The position numbers and the translations under genes are program-made. From Candidatus Hadarchaeota archaeon (GTDB lineage: Archaea; Hadarchaeota; Hadarchaeia; Hadarchaeales; JAGGTB01), in the NCBI GenBank assembly GCA_964608515.1, contig CAZSNS010000003.1, positions 11,360 to 68,311 on the forward strand: DNA of 56,952 nucleotides. The letters are read 5' to 3'. Below, in pieces: positions 20,611 through 30,886 of the stretch (positions are counted from its first letter, which is position 1; every line of letters starts with the position of its first letter). Under the pieces are notes generated by a model. It saw nothing but the letters and a program-made list of their open reading frames with translations, made no database searches and was not told where the DNA came from.

Positions 20611-23025
20611 ATGTTTGGCGCAGGATTTGAAAAAAAGAAGAATCAACTGGGTGATTTTTTAAGCTTTGAGAGAAAGGGCAGGAGAATTTTTCTTCACTAC
20701 GTTAAAGGTTCTGCAGAAATCAGTATTTATTCCGAAGGTATTTTGAGAGTGAGGATCTCAGATCGAGAATTTGAAAAAGATGTTTCATATGCTGTAGATA
20801 AAGACTTGGAAGAGTTTGAAGAACCAGATGTGAAGGTTGAGAACAAAAAAGATAAAATAATTCTAAAAACCTCAAAAATAAATCTGGAAGTTACAAAATT
20901 CCCTCTAAATTTTAGGTTCTACGGTGAAGGGAAGGAAACTCCTTTCTTAGAAGATGAAAAAGGATATTCCTTTTGTCGGGATGAGGAGGAGATTAGAACC
21001 TTTAAAAAACTCAAGCCTGATGAGCATTTTTACGGATTTGGAGAAAAAACTGGTCCTCTTGATAAGCGTGGCGAGTCTATGGAAATGTTCGCTGGTGATC
21101 GGGCGTATAAAAATGATGAGGATCCCCTTTATGTTTCAATTCCTTTCTTTGTAGGGGTGGAGGGTGGAGAAGCTTACGGTGTGTTTTTCGATAATACTTA
21201 CCGGTCTCATTTTGATATGGGAGAATCTTCAGACGAGGTATTCTCTTTCGGCGCTGATGGTGGAGAAATGGATTATTATGTTTTTTACGGTCCGGAGATT
21301 TCCGAAGTTATTGAGAGATATACGGAATTAACTGGTAGAATGCGTTTACCACCGAAATGGGCTATTGGTTATCATCAAAGTAGATGGTCCTATGAACCGC
21401 AGGAGAAAGTCTTGGAAATTGGGGAAAAGTTTGTGGAGAAAGAAATACCTTGTGATGCTATTCATTTAGATATTGATTATATGGACGGTTATCGAGTTTT
21501 CACTTTTGATGATGAAAAGTTTCCTAACCCGGAAAAAATGGTTAATAAGCTAAAAAACTGGGGAATAACCACCGTAGTGATCAATGATCCTGGAATAAAA
21601 GAAGACGAAGACTTTCACATATACAGACAATGTATGGAGAACGAATACTATTGCAAAAACCCCGAAGGCGGACCAGCCAAATCAGTGATGTGGCCAGGAA
21701 TTTGTATCTTTCCGGACTATACAAGGTCAGAAGTGAGGGAATGGTGGGGTGATCTTCACAAGTATTACTTCGACTTGGGAATCGAAGGAATTTGGAACGA
21801 TATGAACGAACCCAGCATACCTGTAATGGATAAATTCGATAAACTACCATTCAACGACGTAATACTAAAAACATTCCACCTTTATGATCACGGTCGATAC
21901 TCAAACCTAAAGAGAGTTAGAAACGTCTATGGTCTAAATGAAAATAAGGGAACGATGAAAGGGTTTGAAAAACATCTCCCTAACAAAAGACCATTCATTT
22001 TAACTAGATCAGGTTACGCCGGGGTACAAAAATATGCTGCAATATGGACCGGGGATAATTGGAGTTCTTTTCACCAAATCGGCCTCAGCTTAAGGATGAT
22101 AATGAACTTAGGATTATCAGGAGTACCCTTCACGGGAGCAGATATAGGTGGATTCAGCGGTTTTGCAAAATACTTATTCAAAGATTCAGAACTCTACAAA
22201 CGTTGGATTCAAACAGGTGTATTTTACCCATTTTCCCGCTCACATACCGCAAAACACACAAAAGACCAAGAACCATGGTCCTACGGTCCAGAAGTCGAAG
22301 AAATCAGCCGACGTTACATAAAACTTCGATACAAACTACTACCCTACCTCTACACCCTGTTCAGAGAAGCATCAAAAACCGGCCAACCAATCATGAGACC
22401 TTTATTTTACAATTATCAGGAGGATGAGGTTTGTTATGATAAAAAGTTTGAGAACCAGTTCATGTTAGGGGAGGATTTGTTAGTTGTGCCTATTTCTGAA
22501 AAAGATTTTGACAGTTTGGATTTTTATTTACCCAAGGAAGATTATTGGACTGATTATTGGGACGGTGTAGATTATCAAGGCGGAGGCATTCACTCGTTGG
22601 AATCTCCTTTAAGAGACGTCCCAGTATTCGTCAGAGCGGGAACAGTTCTACCCACTCATCGGCCCATTCAAAACACGAAGGAGAGGGTGGACAAGTTAAA
22701 TATTAAAATTTATCCAGGTGATGGTTCTTTCACGCTTTATGAGGACGATGGTAAATCGAAAGAATACAGGCAAGGGAAATATGCCACGATTGATTTTGAT
22801 TTAAGTTTGGATGATTCGTTGGTTAGGTTAAAGATTGATAGGGGGGAGAGTAATGGGTTTAAACTCCCGTATAAAAATTACGAATTCCGAGTTCATGCTG
22901 ATTGTAATGCGGATTCGGTTTTAGTTGATGGAAGGGAGGTAAGTTGGAATTATAAAAGTGTAGATGACGTGATTGAATTCAAGACAGACGGAATTGAGAT
23001 AAGTGAAGTTAAGCTTGTTTTTTGA
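20611..23025 (+). CDS. Glycoside hydrolase family 31 alpha-glucosidase
   Basis: Catalytic signature GIWNDMNEP, then GADIGGF and YPFSRSH. I prefer ATG 20611 over TTG 20578. Confidence 0.9.
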   Translation: MFGAGFEKKKNQLGDFLSFERKGRRIFLHYVKGSAEISIYSEGILRVRISDREFEKDVSYAVDKDLEEFEEPDVKVENKKDKIILKTSKINLEVTKFPLNFRFYGEGKETPFLEDEKGYSFCRDEEEIRTFKKLKPDEHFYGFGEKTGPLDKRGESMEMFAGDRAYKNDEDPLYVSIPFFVGVEGGEAYGVFFDNTYRSHFDMGESSDEVFSFGADGGEMDYYVFYGPEISEVIERYTELTGRMRLPPKWAIGYHQSRWSYEPQEKVLEIGEKFVEKEIPCDAIHLDIDYMDGYRVFTFDDEKFPNPEKMVNKLKNWGITTVVINDPGIKEDEDFHIYRQCMENEYYCKNPEGGPAKSVMWPGICIFPDYTRSEVREWWGDLHKYYFDLGIEGIWNDMNEPSIPVMDKFDKLPFNDVILKTFHLYDHGRYSNLKRVRNVYGLNENKGTMKGFEKHLPNKRPFILTRSGYAGVQKYAAIWTGDNWSSFHQIGLSLRMIMNLGLSGVPFTGADIGGFSGFAKYLFKDSELYKRWIQTGVFYPFSRSHTAKHTKDQEPWSYGPEVEEISRRYIKLRYKLLPYLYTLFREASKTGQPIMRPLFYNYQEDEVCYDKKFENQFMLGEDLLVVPISEKDFDSLDFYLPKEDYWTDYWDGVDYQGGGIHSLESPLRDVPVFVRAGTVLPTHRPIQNTKERVDKLNIKIYPGDGSFTLYEDDGKSKEYRQGKYATIDFDLSLDDSLVRLKIDRGESNGFKLPYKNYEFRVHADCNADSVLVDGREVSWNYKSVDDVIEFKTDGIEISEVKLVF

Positions 23026-23084
23026 TTGGTGAAGCTGGATTAGCTTTTATAAAGCCTGTTAGTCTCTCGAAGATATTCTTTAAC

Positions 23085-23780
23085 TCATTTGTTTGTTTTT
23101 GATAAAGTCAGCAGGTGGTGAATGAAGTTTATAATTGTTTTTAATTCGAACTTGCTTTTTCCAAATTGTCTCGGAGAAAATTGATATGGAACTTCTACTA
23201 CCTTTTCGTATTTTCCTTTTGTTAGGATTTCTAGGAGTATCTTTGAACTCTTAGGTTGCAAATTTGAGTTCTCTATTACTCTTTTTCTGAGAGCAAAAAA
23301 TCCAGAAATAGGGTCTTTTATTTTTCTCGTTTGAGGGATAAGAAGTCTACTTAAGTAATTTGCTGTTTTTGAAATTATTTTTCTCTTTAATGACCAATTT
23401 TTAGTTTCTCCATCAGATACATACCTGCTTCCAATGGCAATGTCAGCATTCTCTTTAATTGCTTCAATCAGAGAGGAAATCTTTTCTGGCGGGTGTTGAA
23501 GATCGGCATCTAAAACAGTTAATATCTCTCCATCGCTTTCATCAAATCCATTCATTACAGCTGATGCAAGGCCCATTTTTCGAGGTCTTATGATTGTTCT
23601 AATAGGGTATTTTTCGGAAAGTTTTTTTGCTAGGCTGCCAGTTCCATCAAGACTATTATCATCAACGATGAGAATTTCAGAATCCATATCTGGGCCCAAC
23701 GCTTCGGATATTCTCTCAATCAGGTTAGGTAGGACTTCCGCCTCATTATATGTAGGAACGATTATGGAAATCATATTCAT
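23085..23780 (-). CDS. Dolichyl/polyprenyl-phosphate hexose synthase-like GT2 (Dpm1-like)
   Basis: ISIIVPTYNEAEVLPNLIERI, ILIVDDNSLDGT, LDADLQHPPE and the GSRY motif. The likely start is MNMISIIVP at 23780. Confidence 0.85.
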   Translation of the reverse strand: MNMISIIVPTYNEAEVLPNLIERISEALGPDMDSEILIVDDNSLDGTGSLAKKLSEKYPIRTIIRPRKMGLASAVMNGFDESDGEILTVLDADLQHPPEKISSLIEAIKENADIAIGSRYVSDGETKNWSLKRKIISKTANYLSRLLIPQTRKIKDPISGFFALRKRVIENSNLQPKSSKILLEILTKGKYEKVVEVPYQFSPRQFGKSKFELKTIINFIHHLLTLSKTNK

Positions 23781-23912
23781 TATAATTATCTGGAAAACAA
23801 ATCTAAAAATATGTATCGTTAGAGGTTCTTTTACCAATTTTTAGTCTATCTCGAAGTTTTTAGACAAACAAGAAAGGGAATTCCACATCTCAATCAACAG
23901 AGCAGGGAGTAG

Positions 23913-25448
23913 TTATTCCTTTGAAAGTTTTTTCCAAATTTTTGCTATTCTATTTGGAAAAACGAATGTTTTTTCGAGTATCTCCAATTCGTCTTTTTTC
24001 AGTATCCTCATGTAGCCTATCCATACTAAATGGAAGCTTACGGAGAAAACGATTAAGGAAGTAAAAAAAACCCAAATTGGTAAAGCAAGTAGTGAAAGCC
24101 CGTACCCAATAATTATAATTATTCCCCCTCCAATTAGGAGTTTAAGAATTTGTAATAAAGGCAACGAGAATTCAAGCTTTTGACGAGTAAATTTTTGCAA
24201 AAGAAGGAATCCAAAAATTATCGAAACAAGAGTAGCTATCGCTCCTCCCTCTAAACCATAGGTAGGGACTAAAAAAATATTTAAAGATACATTTAAGACT
24301 GCAGCAGCGCCTAATGATTTCATATTTTTAATTGGATGTCCAGCTCCACTGAGAATTTTCCGAAACACGGCAGATAGAACTCCAATAGTTGCTGCAATCG
24401 TGAGAATTCTCAATGCCGTAGTTCCGGATAGGTAAGACTGACCGAAAAGTAATAATATTATTTGATTTGGAAAGAGAAGAAGGATAACAGAGACTGGAAT
24501 TATAACTGCGAGAGAGATTTTAGCTAAAAGCTGGAAAAAAGATTGAGATTTTTCTTTTTCTTTTTCCTTCCAAACTTTCGAAAATATTGGTAGGAGAGGT
24601 ATTCCTATTCCGGTTCCTAAGAACGCGAGGGAGAAAGAGATAGTGTGAGCTACTTGATAAATACCGACTTTAGATGCATTCCAAAAAATCGATATAATAA
24701 GAGTATCGGTCCAAAACAAAGCTGAAGCTGAAAGACTCGCTATAAAAAGAGGGAATCCAAACTTCAATAATCTCTTTGCAAGCGGTTTTGAAAAAGAAAA
24801 ACGATTACTAAAAAGAAATTTGCTTTTGTTTTTCAAAATAAAGAAACCCGATACGGAAGCGAGTAATGTGCCTAAAAAATACGCAATTCATACCAATATC
24901 ACAGTAGCGTTAAAAATTAGAATAAAAATCAAAACAAAGATTAATGTTAATGCTTCTTCGGAAATCTCTACTACGGATCTATAACCTATATTTAGAGTTC
25001 CTCTAAATACGTTTTTTAGAAACTCAAAGAACGTCTTAACAAAAAACCAAATAGATAAAATGATAATGACTATTTGATATTGTGGAGTTTCAAATAGTGT
25101 TAAGGAGAACCATCTTGATAATAAAATCAAAATGAGTGTAATAGATAAAGCGAAAATCGTTTGTAAAAATAAAGTTGTAAAAAATGCGGATCTCGCTTTT
25201 TCTTTTTTCTCGTCAACCAGAAAATCGGGCAAGAACTTAGCAATTGCTGTATTGGTTCCAAAATTTCTAAGGACGGATAGAACGGAAACAAGAGCTACAA
25301 CAGCAAAAAATGAGCCGAATTCTTGAGGGGTGAGAACACGTGCGAGTATTATTTTTAGACCGAGGTATCCTAATCCTGAGAAGATAAGAGCTAAAGTAGT
25401 GAGTATCGTTCCTCTTCCCAAATAATTAAAATAGTTTCCCTCATCCAT
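23913..25448 (-). pseudogene. MOP/Wzx-type polysaccharide flippase interrupted by a single in-frame TGA (24888-24890)
   Basis: Track ORFs 24888..25448 (N-terminal half) and 23913..24836 (C-terminal half, GLEGGAIATLVSIIFG) are in the same frame. Only one TGA separates them, and the 17 codons after it are open: NATVILV*IAYFLGTLLASVSGFFILKNK. Combined length is about 510 aa, typical for this family. Confidence 0.7.
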
Positions 25449-25642
25449 TTTTCTCTATTCCTAGATTATTTTATTTATAAACCCAACTTTAACACCTTTG
25501 TCGGTTATATCCCATTCTGGGAGCAATTCTCCGGTTTCGAAAATTTTCACCGTGAAGAATTCAACCAGATTAGCTTGAATTGTTTATAAAGATTCTCTAC
25601 TAATTTTTTATATAAACTTCTAATAGTATTATAGCTGGTTTA

Positions 25643-27082
25643 ATGAGAAAGAAAGTTTCCTTTATTGATCCACCTGGTCCCAGAGACGGACTGAATGTTG
25701 GACTTGGATATATAGCATCCAGTCTCAAAGAGGATGGTTATAGAGTCAGGGTTTTCGATTTAAATAACAATCCTCGAAAATTAAGCGATCTTAACATTAA
25801 GGAGCTAAAAAAATCCGACATTATCGGAATTTCCGTTCTTCCAAAGACTTATAAAAAAATAAAATCGATTATAGGTTTTTTAAATAACCATGATATATTA
25901 AAGAACTCCGTTTTGGTGGCTGGCGGATCATATGTTACTACCCTTCCAGCAGCTGGATCATATATTACCACCGCTCCAGTAAATTTTATGAAAAAATTTC
26001 CAAGAGTTGATGTGGGAATAAAGGGAGAAGGAGAGAAATTAATAAAAAAAATATGCAAAAATGAATCCTTTAGGAAGATAAAAGGCATCATTTATAGAAA
26101 AAATGGGGAAATAAAAGAAAATGAAGGTCGTGGTAGGGTTGAAGATTTGGAGAGTCTTCCCTTTCCCAATTACGATTGTTTTGATTCGGTTGCTAATAAG
26201 AAAATAGAAACTTATCCATTATTAACTAGTCGAGGGTGTCCCTATAATTGTAAATTTTGCAGCGTGCCTCAAATCGGTGGAAAAAAATGGAGATATAGAA
26301 CGCCGGAAAATATAGTTTCAGAAATTAAATATGCCATGAAAAACTATGAAATTGGAAAGATTAAAATCTGGGATAACAATTTTACATTTAAACCTGAAAG
26401 AGCCAAGAAATTTTGTAGATTATTAAATGAAAACGATATCGACATTAACTGGTCTATCCCTCTCGGAATTAGAGCAGATAAGTTTGATCAGGAACTAGCA
26501 AATCTGTTTAAAAGCTCAGGTTGTGGAGAAGTAGTATTTGGCATTGATAGTTGTACTAAAGAAGTTTTTGAAAAAATTGAGAAGGGATTAGAACTGAAAG
26601 ACATAGAAGAAGCTATTGAAAAAGCGAAAGAAGCTAATTTGAAAGTGGGTGGATATCTTATTGTTGGATTACCTTTCTCTTCATTTTATAAAGACCTTAA
26701 ATCAATAAAGTTAAGCAAAAAATTAAATTTGGATAAAGCGGAAATTTATCTATTCGTCCCTTATCCGGGCTCGGATCTTTATCAAGAAGCTAAATATAGC
26801 TCGGATATAAAATTTATCTCAGATTGGAAAGAAGCTTATCCTGCTAGCAGAAAACCTCAACCTGTAATAGAAACTCCTCACTATAGTGAAGAGGAACAAA
26901 TTAATGCATATTATATTGGAAATATAGAGCATGAGAATTTTGATGGGATTATAGAGAAAAATAGGCACAAGTTATACAGAATTTGGGATATTATTTTTTC
27001 AACACTAAAGTATAGACCAAAGAAATTTTTTAAGATACTAGATAGTCTCATCAGAAAAAAGTTGCGCGAACTATCTTTTTAA
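25643..27082 (+). CDS. B12-binding-domain radical SAM enzyme
   Basis: N-terminal Rossmann-like VSFIDPPGP..GLGYIASSLKEDGYRVRVFDLN, then LLTSRGCPYNCKFCSV (CxxxCxxC). Confidence 0.85.
   Translation: MRKKVSFIDPPGPRDGLNVGLGYIASSLKEDGYRVRVFDLNNNPRKLSDLNIKELKKSDIIGISVLPKTYKKIKSIIGFLNNHDILKNSVLVAGGSYVTTLPAAGSYITTAPVNFMKKFPRVDVGIKGEGEKLIKKICKNESFRKIKGIIYRKNGEIKENEGRGRVEDLESLPFPNYDCFDSVANKKIETYPLLTSRGCPYNCKFCSVPQIGGKKWRYRTPENIVSEIKYAMKNYEIGKIKIWDNNFTFKPERAKKFCRLLNENDIDINWSIPLGIRADKFDQELANLFKSSGCGEVVFGIDSCTKEVFEKIEKGLELKDIEEAIEKAKEANLKVGGYLIVGLPFSSFYKDLKSIKLSKKLNLDKAEIYLFVPYPGSDLYQEAKYSSDIKFISDWKEAYPASRKPQPVIETPHYSEEEQINAYYIGNIEHENFDGIIEKNRHKLYRIWDIIFSTLKYRPKKFFKILDSLIRKKLRELSF
25919..25981 (+). repeat. 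In-frame tandem duplication (33 + 30 nt) inside the radical SAM gene
   Basis: gctggcggatcatatgttactacccttccagca is followed by gctggatcatatattaccaccgctccagta, encoding AGGSYVTTLPA / AGSYITTAPV. Confidence 0.6.
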
Positions 27083-27316
27083 GATTGAATATGTGAGGTC
27101 TCCAGACCTAACGCTCTCGTTATTCTACAGTTGGTAGATTGTTCAATCTTTTCAATATTTCTCACTGACAATACTTTTTTCACGATTCAGAGTTCAAAAA
27201 TCCACGAAAAAATCATGATTCTCCTAATCATATATGAAAACAACAAAACAAAGACTTCTACAAAGAAATGTTTAAAGCTATCAAATGCTAAACAATCGCA
27301 TCATATTAATTAAGGC

Positions 27317-27487
27317 ATGAATAAGAAAGAAGGTGATGTGATGTTTGATTTTTATAGTGTGAGAACTGTAAATTTTCAAAGGATTTTATCAACGCCACTA
27401 TTGCAAACTTTGTCCGAAATCAATCTCATGAAGCTTCGTTCCGTAAAAATCGAAAAGGTTGTAGGATATAATGGTGATAATAAATGA
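27317..27487 (+). CDS. Possible small ORF (56 aa, or 48 aa from ATG 27341)
   Basis: Not in the track (under 60 aa). Its TGA overlaps the ATG of the next gene (ATGA at 27484-27487), and GGTGAT lies 5 nt before ATG 27341. No recognisable family. Confidence 0.3.
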   Translation: MNKKEGDVMFDFYSVRTVNFQRILSTPLLQTLSEINLMKLRSVKIEKVVGYNGDNK

Positions 27488-28236
27488 AAGAAAAACTTCG
27501 GAAAGAAATTATTGATTCAAAAAACAAACTTAAAAGACTCCCCCGAGCCATTGTCAAACCATTTGATACTTTTAGTAACCTTAGTGAGAGTTTCCCATTT
27601 TTACTTGTATTAAGCCTATTTGTTTTCAGGCATCTCCATATATGGATTCATGCGTTTTTAGTTCATACCTCTTGGTATTTTGAAAGTTTTTCTGGTTCTC
27701 TTGAGATTATGGCGAGCCTCTTCAATATAGGAAGAGGGATGTATTACATTTTCCTTTTTCTTTTAGTTTCTACTTTCATATACCTTATAGGTAGAATAAA
27801 GAAAAGAGATATAAGTTATGAATCAGTTGAGGAAGGAATTTTTTACGTCATGGTCACTCCAATACTCTTAGGTATACTAGATTTCACTCACCTATTTTTT
27901 GATTGTTGGTCTTTAGGACCGGCTTGCCTTCATATTTCACTACCTTTTATATTTTTTTATATCGCATTCCAACTAAGTTGTGTTCTCAAAGAAGCTTGGG
28001 GGGTACAAAGAAAATATATCTTCTTTCCCGCATTACTAATACCAATATGGGTAAAGTATAGTTTTACGTTAAAACCGACAATTGGAGGTATCTTAGGGGG
28101 GATAGGATTTAGAACGCTTTTCGTCTTTATAACAATCGGTCCGCTTCTAGGACTTTATTTCAAAAAGGGGAAATGGAAAAGATTAGGACTCCTTTCAATA
28201 ATGCTCATTTATGGGATTTATCTTTTCATCGGGTAG
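27484..28236 (+). CDS. Polytopic membrane protein, unknown family
   Basis: 250 aa with about 6 hydrophobic helices. A decayed partial copy lies at 29660-29745. Confidence 0.55.
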   Translation: MKEKLRKEIIDSKNKLKRLPRAIVKPFDTFSNLSESFPFLLVLSLFVFRHLHIWIHAFLVHTSWYFESFSGSLEIMASLFNIGRGMYYIFLFLLVSTFIYLIGRIKKRDISYESVEEGIFYVMVTPILLGILDFTHLFFDCWSLGPACLHISLPFIFFYIAFQLSCVLKEAWGVQRKYIFFPALLIPIWVKYSFTLKPTIGGILGGIGFRTLFVFITIGPLLGLYFKKGKWKRLGLLSIMLIYGIYLFIG

Positions 28237-28286
28237 CTACCGGGAGATAGAAAAAAGAACTTTCCTACATTCGAGGTTGATTAAGC

Positions 28287-29582
28287 TTGAAAACGAAGCC
28301 AAACTTTGTTTGGATTGTTCTTGATGGAGCCCGGTCTGATAGATTAACTCCATATGGGTATTCAAGAGATACTACACCTTTTTTAAATAAACTTTCGAAT
28401 AAATCCGTTGTTTTTGAAAATGCTATTGTTAATTCTACATGGACTCTTCCTTCCGTAGGGTCATTGTTTACAGGTAAATATCCAACTCAACACGGCATGA
28501 TGAACAGTCTAAACGATCAGATAAAATCTCTCACAATAGCTCAGATTCTATCGATGAGAGGTTACAAGACTTTAATGTTTAGCGGAATAAATTGGGTAGA
28601 TTCTACAGATTTAACTAAAGGCTTTGATCAGGTTTTCGATTCGGAAAAAATATATCTACAAAATTCACTTTTACCAGATTTAAATTTATCGGGGAAAACC
28701 GGAGTAGTCTATCGACATTTAGCGAACCTTTTGCGACGAATCTCAAATGCAGATTACGCAAATCCTTTAGCTTCTCCTCTTCGAAAAACTTTTATAGATA
28801 AGATTCTTTCAAACAGGTCAGAACATTCTCCTTTTTTCGCGTATTTACATATTCCTGACACACATGCTCCCTACGAACCTCCTTTAAAATATCAGAAATT
28901 TGGAAGAAGAAAAATATTCATACCTGGTATTTTTGGAAAAAGATTTGATTTTTGGTCTTCTTGGTTTGAAAAGGCGATTTTAAGTCGGAGGAAAAAGGAA
29001 AAAAGTCTTTTTAATGAAAAAGAATGGGTCATGCTTAATAATATCTATGATAACTGTCTATTTTACTTGGATTCCGAGATTAATAAAATATATAGTCAAT
29101 TAAAATCGAACGATTTGCTTGAAAACACTGTTTTAATTATCACTGCAGATCACGGAGAAATGTTGGGAGAAGATGGAGTCATATCTCATGGATACTGGCG
29201 GGATGAGGTTTTAAAAGTTCCTCTAATAGTTCACCACCCCAGCCTAGAACCAAGAAGAATAAAACACCAAATCGAAACGAAAAATATTTTTTATATGATT
29301 CTTGAGATGGCAAAAGGGAATTTTAAAGATTTTTGCATTAAAAACGAATTTGCGTTGGGGCAATGGAAAGCCATTCCACATATTCAAAGACTAATCGAAA
29401 AAATGAATTCTTCCATTCATACTTCTGCAGAGTATATCCGTACCAATCAGCTGAAATATGTAGAATTTGGCAACAAGGAATCCCAACTCTATAGCTTGGA
29501 AGGTAAAGAAGAACCAATGAAAAACCCCGAAATTAAAAAGTTAATGAAAAAAGCAATTAAAATAAAAAGAGAAAATTTCTAG
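28287..29582 (+). CDS. Sulfatase-like hydrolase/transferase (alkaline phosphatase superfamily)
   Basis: NFVWIVLDGARSDRL and LIITADHGEMLGE. The nucleophile region reads STWTLPSVGS, with no C/S-x-P-x-R formylglycine motif, so it is probably not a true sulfatase. Confidence 0.75.
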   Translation: MKTKPNFVWIVLDGARSDRLTPYGYSRDTTPFLNKLSNKSVVFENAIVNSTWTLPSVGSLFTGKYPTQHGMMNSLNDQIKSLTIAQILSMRGYKTLMFSGINWVDSTDLTKGFDQVFDSEKIYLQNSLLPDLNLSGKTGVVYRHLANLLRRISNADYANPLASPLRKTFIDKILSNRSEHSPFFAYLHIPDTHAPYEPPLKYQKFGRRKIFIPGIFGKRFDFWSSWFEKAILSRRKKEKSLFNEKEWVMLNNIYDNCLFYLDSEINKIYSQLKSNDLLENTVLIITADHGEMLGEDGVISHGYWRDEVLKVPLIVHHPSLEPRRIKHQIETKNIFYMILEMAKGNFKDFCIKNEFALGQWKAIPHIQRLIEKMNSSIHTSAEYIRTNQLKYVEFGNKESQLYSLEGKEEPMKNPEIKKLMKKAIKIKRENF

Positions 29583-29660
29583 TCATAAATATGATTTTTA
29601 CTAAAAGAAGACTAAATAGAGCTTTATTTTGCTTCTCAAATAAGGAGAATAATTTATTCT
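29556..29660. repeat. Direct repeat R1 (~105 nt) at the 3' end of the first AP-superfamily gene
   Basis: aattaaaataaaaagagaaaatttctagtcataaatatgatttttactaaaagaagactaaatagagctttatttt... matches 30674-30780 at roughly 85% by eye. Confidence 0.7.
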
Positions 29661-29745
29661 TTTATATCACGTTCCAGCTAAGTTTTGTGTTCTTAAAGAA
29701 GCTTGACATGAATGCATTTCTCGCTATTAACAATGAAGTATTCGT
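29660..29745 (+). pseudogene. Decayed fragment of a second copy of the 27484..28236 membrane-protein gene
   Basis: tttatatcacgttccagctaagttttgtgttcttaaagaagcttg aligns with 27955-28005 tttatatcgcattccaactaagttgtgttctcaaagaagcttg. The following ~40 nt align weakly with 28020-28050. No intact ORF. Confidence 0.45.
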
Positions 29746-29803
29746 GAGGGGATAAAGAAATTAAAATAAGAAAAAAGGTTTAACCTAAATTGTAATCCGA
29801 TGG

Positions 29804-30670
29804 ATGAAAATGGAAAATCAGAAGGATCTTATTCTCAGGGAAAATTGGGATATACTAATTATCCTTGACGATTGCAGATACGATTATTTTAAAGAAATAT
29901 ACTCTGACTATCTTGAAGGTAGATTAATTAAGGGTATTTCACCTGCATCGAACACTTATGGATGGTGCAAAAGGGTGATTGAAAAGGGATATTTCGTGAA
30001 TGATATAGTAGTATCCGCTAATCCCCATATTAACTCATATAAAAAAGTAAGAGATTTCAATGCAAGTAAATATTTTCATAGGATAGTCGACGTTTGGTCA
30101 TCCGATTGGGACGAAGATTTGCCTACGGTACGTCCTGATGTAATGACTGAGCGGATAATGGAAGAGATAGAAAACCACGATGAAAGAAGGATAATAGCTT
30201 GGTACATCCAACCTCATTTTCCCTCCCTATCCTTGGAGATAGCTGGAGAGAATCCTTTTCCGTCATCTTCGCAAAATAATGAAAATAATTTCATCTTCAA
30301 ACTTAGAAAAAAGGCATCTCAAATTTTAGAGAGAAGTCTCCCCCTTTTCCTATTAAAAAAGTTTTGGCAGTTTAGACTTGAAGCAGGAGGGGCGGTTGGC
30401 CCTGATATAGCTACCTTCGCTCAGGTAGGAGTGGGGGGGATGAAAGAGGGGTATAAGGACAATTTAAGACGTGTATTAGAATCCACTTCAAAGCTTATAA
30501 AAAATATTTCAAATGAAAAAGTTGTTGTAATTACTTCTGATCACGGAGAGAGGCTTGGAGAAGGAATAATTGGAGAAAGAAGGTTTGGGCATCCAGCGGA
30601 TGAGCAGTATAAAGAACTAATAGAAGTACCATGGTTAGAAGTCAAAAAGGACAATCAAAGTCATGATTAG
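29804..30670 (+). CDS. Alkaline-phosphatase-superfamily protein, short divergent relative of 28287..29582
   Basis: ILIILDDCRYDYF and VVITSDHGERLGE. Confidence 0.6.
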   Translation: MKMENQKDLILRENWDILIILDDCRYDYFKEIYSDYLEGRLIKGISPASNTYGWCKRVIEKGYFVNDIVVSANPHINSYKKVRDFNASKYFHRIVDVWSSDWDEDLPTVRPDVMTERIMEEIENHDERRIIAWYIQPHFPSLSLEIAGENPFPSSSQNNENNFIFKLRKKASQILERSLPLFLLKKFWQFRLEAGGAVGPDIATFAQVGVGGMKEGYKDNLRRVLESTSKLIKNISNEKVVVITSDHGERLGEGIIGERRFGHPADEQYKELIEVPWLEVKKDNQSHD

Positions 30671-30673
30671 AGT

Positions 30674-30780
30674 AATTAAAAATAAAAAGAGAAGATTACT
30701 AGTCAAAAATAAGATTTTTTACTAAAATAAGCATAAATAGAGCTTTATTTTTCTTTCTAAAAGGGGAGAATAAATCACTT
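30674..30780. repeat. Direct repeat R2, partner of R1
   Basis: aattaaaaataaaaagagaagattactagtcaaaaataagattttttactaaaataagcataaatagagctttattttt... Confidence 0.7.
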
Positions 30781-30886
30781 AAATGTGGATCGGAATTTTA
30801 ATAGATAAGAAATAGTAATTAGCCTCTGTTTCTCTACAAATTGAAAAATATACAGTTTGTAGGATTTTTGGAAATTTATTTATATT

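Noticed and set aside
24888-24890. The in-frame TGA in the flippase read as selenocysteine, or as evidence of genome-wide TGA reassignment.
   Set aside because: TGA terminates several well-conserved genes at the expected protein ends (Fen1 at 4310, GH31 at 23025, GT2 at 2504). The site is in a TM helix of a transporter, not a redox motif, and I saw no obvious SECIS-like context.
27131-27313. A 60-aa + ORF in the intergenic region after the radical SAM gene.
   Set aside because: It has a non-ATG start, AT-rich low-complexity sequence and no coupling to neighbours. The adjacent 27317..27487 small ORF is kept, at low confidence only, because of its ATGA overlap.
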